Assembly (NCBI GenBank): GCA_027021705.1
Contig: JALUTT010000005.1
Location: 1 to 64,000 of the forward strand
Direction of reading: 5' to 3'
Source: Anaerolineae bacterium
GTDB lineage: Bacteria; Chloroflexota; Anaerolineae; S140-20
DNA: 64,000 nucleotides
A program made the position numbers and the translations under genes. Positions 59,582-64,000 of this stretch are shown piece after piece; position 1 is the first letter of the stretch; each line of letters starts with the position of its first letter. The notes below the pieces were generated by a model. That model was given only the letters and a program-made list of their open reading frames with translations, ran no database searches and had not been told where the DNA came from.

Positions 59582-60064
59582 ATGAGCCGTGGGAATGGTG
59601 CCATTGACCTCTCCCCGATGGAGGAGGTTTTCGCCCGATATGCCGATCAACCCAACGCCCTGATCCCTATCTTGCAGCAGACTCAGGCGCTCTACGGCTA
59701 CCTGCCGAGGGAGGCCCTGGAACGGATCGCGGAGAGGCTGCGAATCTCCCTGGCCAAGGTCTACGGCGTGGCCACCTTCTACGCCCAGTTCTACCTGGAG
59801 CGCCGGGGAAGACACGTGCTCAAGCTGTGCGATGGGACGGCCTGCCACGTGAAAGGGACACCCACCCTGCTGGTGGCCGTCGAGGAGGAGTTCAACATTG
59901 GTCCCGGTGAGACGACGGAGGACGGTCAACTGACCGTGGAGATCGTCTATTGTCTGGGCTCCTGCGCGCTGGCCCCCGTCGCCGTCCTTGACGAGCGCGT
60001 GATGGGTCGGATGCGACCGGAGATGCTGGTACGCCGGGTGAAACGGCAGATCGGGGCCCGATAG
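59582..60064 (+). CDS. NuoE/HydC-like [2Fe-2S] subunit
   Basis: YGVATFYAQF, CDGTACHVKG and CLGSCALAP. Confidence 0.92.
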   Translation: MSRGNGAIDLSPMEEVFARYADQPNALIPILQQTQALYGYLPREALERIAERLRISLAKVYGVATFYAQFYLERRGRHVLKLCDGTACHVKGTPTLLVAVEEEFNIGPGETTEDGQLTVEIVYCLGSCALAPVAVLDERVMGRMRPEMLVRRVKRQIGAR

Positions 60065-60188
60065 TCTCCCCCGGGCAGTGAAGCCCTCGGGCGTTCTACA
60101 AGGGATGCCCGCCGGGCCTGTGGCTGCGCGAAGGGGGAGGCCGCCGGAGCGACCCGGTCGCCCTTCGACCTCGCGAAAGGAGAGCCAG

Positions 60189-62093
60189 ATGGTAGCAGCG
60201 GAAAGGGAAGCTCTTTCGACCAGGCGGGAACAGGCGAAGCGGCACTGGCAGGAGAAGGTGAACGCCGATCTCTACATCACCATCGGCATGGGAACCTGTG
60301 GCTTGGCCGCCGGTGCCGGAGAAACGCTGACCGCGGTCGAAGCAGAGCTCAAGAGGCGAAACCTGCAAGCCAGGATCAGTCAGGTCGGTTGCGTGGGGAT
60401 GTGCTCCTACGAGCCGATGATCGAGATCCAGGCGCGGGGCCGGCCCCGGATCAACTACGGAAATGCGGTGGCGGGCAACGTGCCGGAGGTCTTTGCGGCC
60501 TACTTCGAGGGAGCCCCCCTGCGCAAGAGCGTCGTCGTCGGCGAGGCCGTCTCCATCCTCATCCGGGGGAATGGCCACGCCTTGCACTCGCTGAGCTTCG
60601 TTGACCCCGATACCCACGAGAAGATCCCCTTCCACCGCAAACAGTTGCGCATTGTACTGAGCAACTGCGGGCTGATCAACCCCGAGTCCATTGACGACTA
60701 CCTGGCCGTCGGAGGCTACGAGGCGCTGGAGAAGGTGCTCACCTCGATGACCCCCGAGGAGGTGATCGAAGAGGTGAGGCAGTCGGGGCTGCGGGGCCGG
60801 GGCGGCGGTGGGTTCCCCACCGGCCTGAAGTGGAAGTTTGCCCGCCAGACCCAGAAGTGGCCCAAGTACGTCATCTGCAACGCCGACGAGGGCGACCCAG
60901 GGGCCTTTATGGACCGCTCTGTGCTCGAAGGGGACCCCCACTCGGTGATCGAGGGGATGATCATCGCCGGGTACGCCATCGGTGCCAGCCAGGGCTACAT
61001 CTATTGCCGGGCCGAGTATCCCCTGGCCATCAAACGGCTGAAGATCGCCCTGGCCCAGGCTCGGGAGCTGGGCCTGCTGGGCGAGCGGATCCTGGGCTCC
61101 GACTTCAGCTTCGACATCACCATCGCGGAGGGGGCTGGGGCCTTCGTCTGCGGAGAGGAGACCGCCCTGATGGCCTCGATCCAGGGAGAGCGGGGGCAAC
61201 CCCGGCCTCGCCCGCCCTATCCCGCCGTCTCCGGGCTATGGGGACAGCCCAGCAACGTCAACAACGTGAAGAGCTACGCTTACGTGCCGCGCATCATCCG
61301 CTTGGGGGCCGACTGGTTCCGTGGCCTGGGCACGGAGCGCAGCCCCGGCACCGCCGTCTTCACCCTCACCGGTATGGTCAACCGCACCGGGTTGATCGAG
61401 GTGCCGATGGGGATCACGTTGCGCGAGATCATCTACGACGTGGGCGGAGGCATCCCCCAAGGGAAGCAGTTCAAAGCAGTGCAGACGGGAGGCCCCCTAG
61501 GGGGATGTCTGCCGGAGGCTCACCTGGACACGCCGGTGGATTTCGACTCGCTCCAGGCAGTAGGGGCGGTGATGGGCTCTGGGGGTATGATCATCGCCGA
61601 CGAGACGACCTGCATGGTGGAGTTCGCCCAGTTCTTCACCAAGTTCGTCTGCGACGAGAGCTGTGGCAAGTGCCCCCCGTGCCGCATCGGGAGCACCCGG
61701 ATGCAGGAAGTCCTGGAGCGCATCACGGCGGGGGAGGGGAAGCCCGAGGACCTGGACGAGATCCGATGGCTGGCCCAAGGGATGCAGAAGGCTTCCCTGT
61801 GCGCCTTGGGGCAGTTGGCTCCCTCGCCGGTCATTTCGACGCTGCGCCACTTCGAGGAGGAGTACCGGGCACACATCGAGGAGAAGCGCTGCCCGGCCGG
61901 GAAGTGTCGCGCCCTGATCACCTACGAGATCGTGGCAGAGCTTTGCACGGGCTGCATGGTGTGCGCCCGCTACTGCCCGGCCGGGGCCATCCAGGGGAAG
62001 AAACGCCAGCCCCACGTCATAGACCCGGACCTCTGCGAGCGCTGCGGCCTGTGCAAGGAAGTCTGCAACTTCAACGCAGTCATCGTCATCTGA
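60189..62093 (+). CDS. NuoF/HydB-like flavoprotein subunit
   Basis: N-terminal Trx-like Fe-S domain; SGLRGRGGGGFPTG, CNADEGDPGAFMDR, GAFVCGEET, ESCGKCPPCRIG; C-terminal 2x[4Fe-4S]. Confidence 0.93.
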   Translation: MVAAEREALSTRREQAKRHWQEKVNADLYITIGMGTCGLAAGAGETLTAVEAELKRRNLQARISQVGCVGMCSYEPMIEIQARGRPRINYGNAVAGNVPEVFAAYFEGAPLRKSVVVGEAVSILIRGNGHALHSLSFVDPDTHEKIPFHRKQLRIVLSNCGLINPESIDDYLAVGGYEALEKVLTSMTPEEVIEEVRQSGLRGRGGGGFPTGLKWKFARQTQKWPKYVICNADEGDPGAFMDRSVLEGDPHSVIEGMIIAGYAIGASQGYIYCRAEYPLAIKRLKIALAQARELGLLGERILGSDFSFDITIAEGAGAFVCGEETALMASIQGERGQPRPRPPYPAVSGLWGQPSNVNNVKSYAYVPRIIRLGADWFRGLGTERSPGTAVFTLTGMVNRTGLIEVPMGITLREIIYDVGGGIPQGKQFKAVQTGGPLGGCLPEAHLDTPVDFDSLQAVGAVMGSGGMIIADETTCMVEFAQFFTKFVCDESCGKCPPCRIGSTRMQEVLERITAGEGKPEDLDEIRWLAQGMQKASLCALGQLAPSPVISTLRHFEEEYRAHIEEKRCPAGKCRALITYEIVAELCTGCMVCARYCPAGAIQGKKRQPHVIDPDLCERCGLCKEVCNFNAVIVI

Positions 62094-62112
62094 CCGCGGG
62101 AGGGTGAACGCG

Positions 62113-64000
62113 ATGAGCGTAACGATAACCATCAATGGCCGACGGGTGGTCGCCCACGAGGGGCAAACGATCCTAGAGGCTGCCCGCTCGGCAGGCATCC
62201 CCATTCCAACCCTGTGCCACCACCCTGATCTGAGCAACGTGGGGGCCTGCCGGATGTGCGTCGTGTCGGTCAAGGGGACCCGAGGGCTACAGACGGCGTG
62301 CACCACACCGGTCTCCGAAGGTATGGTCGTGGAGACGGAGAGCGAAGAGGCACGCGAGGCCCGCATCTTCACGCTGACCATGCTCCTTACCGATCACCCC
62401 AACGACTGCATGACCTGCGAGGTGAACGGGGAGTGCGAGCTGCAGGACCTGGTGTACGATTACGGCGTGGCCTGGCCCGAGCACAGCGGGGAGCGCCATA
62501 CCTACCAGGTGGACCCGGACCCCAATCCCTTCCTCTTCATTGACCGCAACAAGTGCATCCTCTGTGGCCGCTGCATCCGCGCCTGCCGGGAGATTCAGAA
62601 CCGAGATGTGTGGGACTTCGCCTACCGAGGTTTCAAGACCAAGCTCGTGGCCGGCGCGGACCAGTTCCTGCTGGATGCGGGCTGTGAGAGCTGCGGCCAG
62701 TGTGTGGCCTACTGCCCTGTCGGTGCACTGTACGACAAGATGAGCGTCGGATTGGGGCGGGTGAGCCAGGTGACCCGGGTGCGCACCACCTGCTCCTACT
62801 GCGGCGTCGGCTGCAACTTTGACCTCAACGTGCGCGATGGGCGCATCGTGCGTGTCACCAGTGCCCCCGACGCTCCGGTGAACGGTATGGCCCTGTGCGT
62901 GAAGGGCCGCTATGGCTACGACTACGTACACCACCCCGACCGATTGACCCGCCCGCTGGTCCGCGCCCGGTGGCTGGACCCGGCTCAGGTCGAAGAGCGG
63001 GTGGCCAGCGGCGAGTGGCGCGTGGCGGGAGACGAATCCGCCACACCCGACGCCCCCCGAGAGGCGCCCGACCCGGATACCTTCATCGAGACCGACTGGG
63101 ACACGGCGCTGGACGTGGTGGCCCGTCACTTCACCGAGACCAAGGCACGCTACGGCAGCGACGCCTTCGCCGTCCTCGCCTCGGCCAAGTGCACCAACGA
63201 GGAGAACTACCTCTTCAACAAGTTCACGCGGCAAGTGCTGGGCACGAACAGCATAGACCACTGCGCTCGGTTATGACACAGCGCCACCGTCGCCGGTCTG
63301 GCGACAAGCTTCGGCAGTGGCGCGATGACCAACTCCATCCGGGACATTACCGAGGAGAGCCGGTGCATCTTTATCATCGGCAGCAATACGACCGAGCAGC
63401 ACCCGGTCATCGGGATCAAGGTCCGCCGGGCCAAACGGTTCCGAGGGGCCAAGCTCATCGTGGCCGACCCGAGGCGCATTGACATCGCCGACTACGCTGA
63501 CCTCCACCTGCGCCACAAGCCAGGGACGGACATCGCCCTGCTCAACGGCCTGATGCACGTCATCCTCCGCGAAGGGTGGCACGACCGGGACTTCATCGCC
63601 GAGCGGACGGAGGGGTTCGAAGAGCTGGAGACGGTGGTGAAGAAGTACACGCCGGAGGTGGTGAGCCAGATCACCGGCGTCCCGGCGGAGCAGATCGAGG
63701 AAGCGGCCCGGATGCTGGCAGAGAACCGGCCCGCTACAGTCCTGTACGCTATGGGGATCACCCAGCACACCGTCGGGGTGGCCAACGTGATGAGCATCGC
63801 CAACCTGCAGATGCTGCTGGGCAACATGGGGGTGCCGGGAGGCGGCGTCAACCCGCTGCGGGGCCAGAACAATGTGCAGGGAGCCTGCGACATGGGCGGC
63901 CTGCCCAACGTCTACCCCGGCTACCAGCGGGTGACCGATCCCGCCGCGCGGAAGAAGTTCGAGCGAGCCTGGGGGGTTCCCCTCCCGGATCAGGTGGGGC
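62113..64000 (+). CDS. fdhF: Selenocysteine-containing formate dehydrogenase alpha subunit, partial (U388, TGA at 63274..63276)
   Basis: NuoG-like Fe-S N-terminus, [25 protein letters not shown] and [15 protein letters not shown]; the frame stays open to the window end. Confidence 0.93.
63289..63305 (+). promoter_or_regulatory. SECIS hairpin of the fdh gene
   Basis: GTCGCC-GGTCT-GGCGAC, stem starting 13 nt after the TGA; resembles the E. coli fdhF SECIS in position and its GGUCU apex. Confidence 0.8.

Noticed and set aside
46562..63276. The three in-frame TGAs as pseudogene lesions or as genetic code 4/25
   Set aside because: All three fall at Cys-equivalent redox positions with hairpins downstream. 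Many other genes here end normally in TGA, and Trp is encoded by TGG.

Overview
GC-rich bacterial DNA; gene content and style suggest Chloroflexota/Anaerolineae (inference). The left third is on the minus strand. It holds the right end of an IS, a CoA-transferase, an alanine-dehydrogenase-like gene, an orphan atpC fragment, a purine-type deaminase, tRNA-Thr(CGT) (plus strand), three histidine kinases, one response regulator, an alpha-2-macroglobulin and two CDP-alcohol phosphatidyltransferase-like genes. Next come a shattered transposase, hisIE and an internally duplicated HEAT protein. From 28.1 to 51.9 kb lies a co-oriented metal/redox island: three P1B-ATPases of three subclasses, an SmtB-type repressor with two operators, FeoB, a DtxR-FeoA-membrane fusion, a MacB-type ABC system, an Rpn gene with an internal start, a split and reordered GlcD/GlcF-like oxidoreductase and a CcdA-like protein. 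The ORF track truncates three genes at in-frame TGA codons that sit at Cys-equivalent positions and are followed by SECIS-like hairpins: a membrane-anchored zinc-ribbon/rhodanese (CxU), a membrane-anchored DsbA-like protein (UxxC) and a formate dehydrogenase alpha subunit. The first two share a gene run with the CcdA-like protein and are the best candidate for an undescribed extracytoplasmic selenol redox system. The right end has a second alpha-2-macroglobulin, a repeat/MITE hotspot, SCP2, a RelE-like remnant and a HydCB-like/Fdh operon running off the window. All family calls come from motif recognition by eye; no database searches were run.
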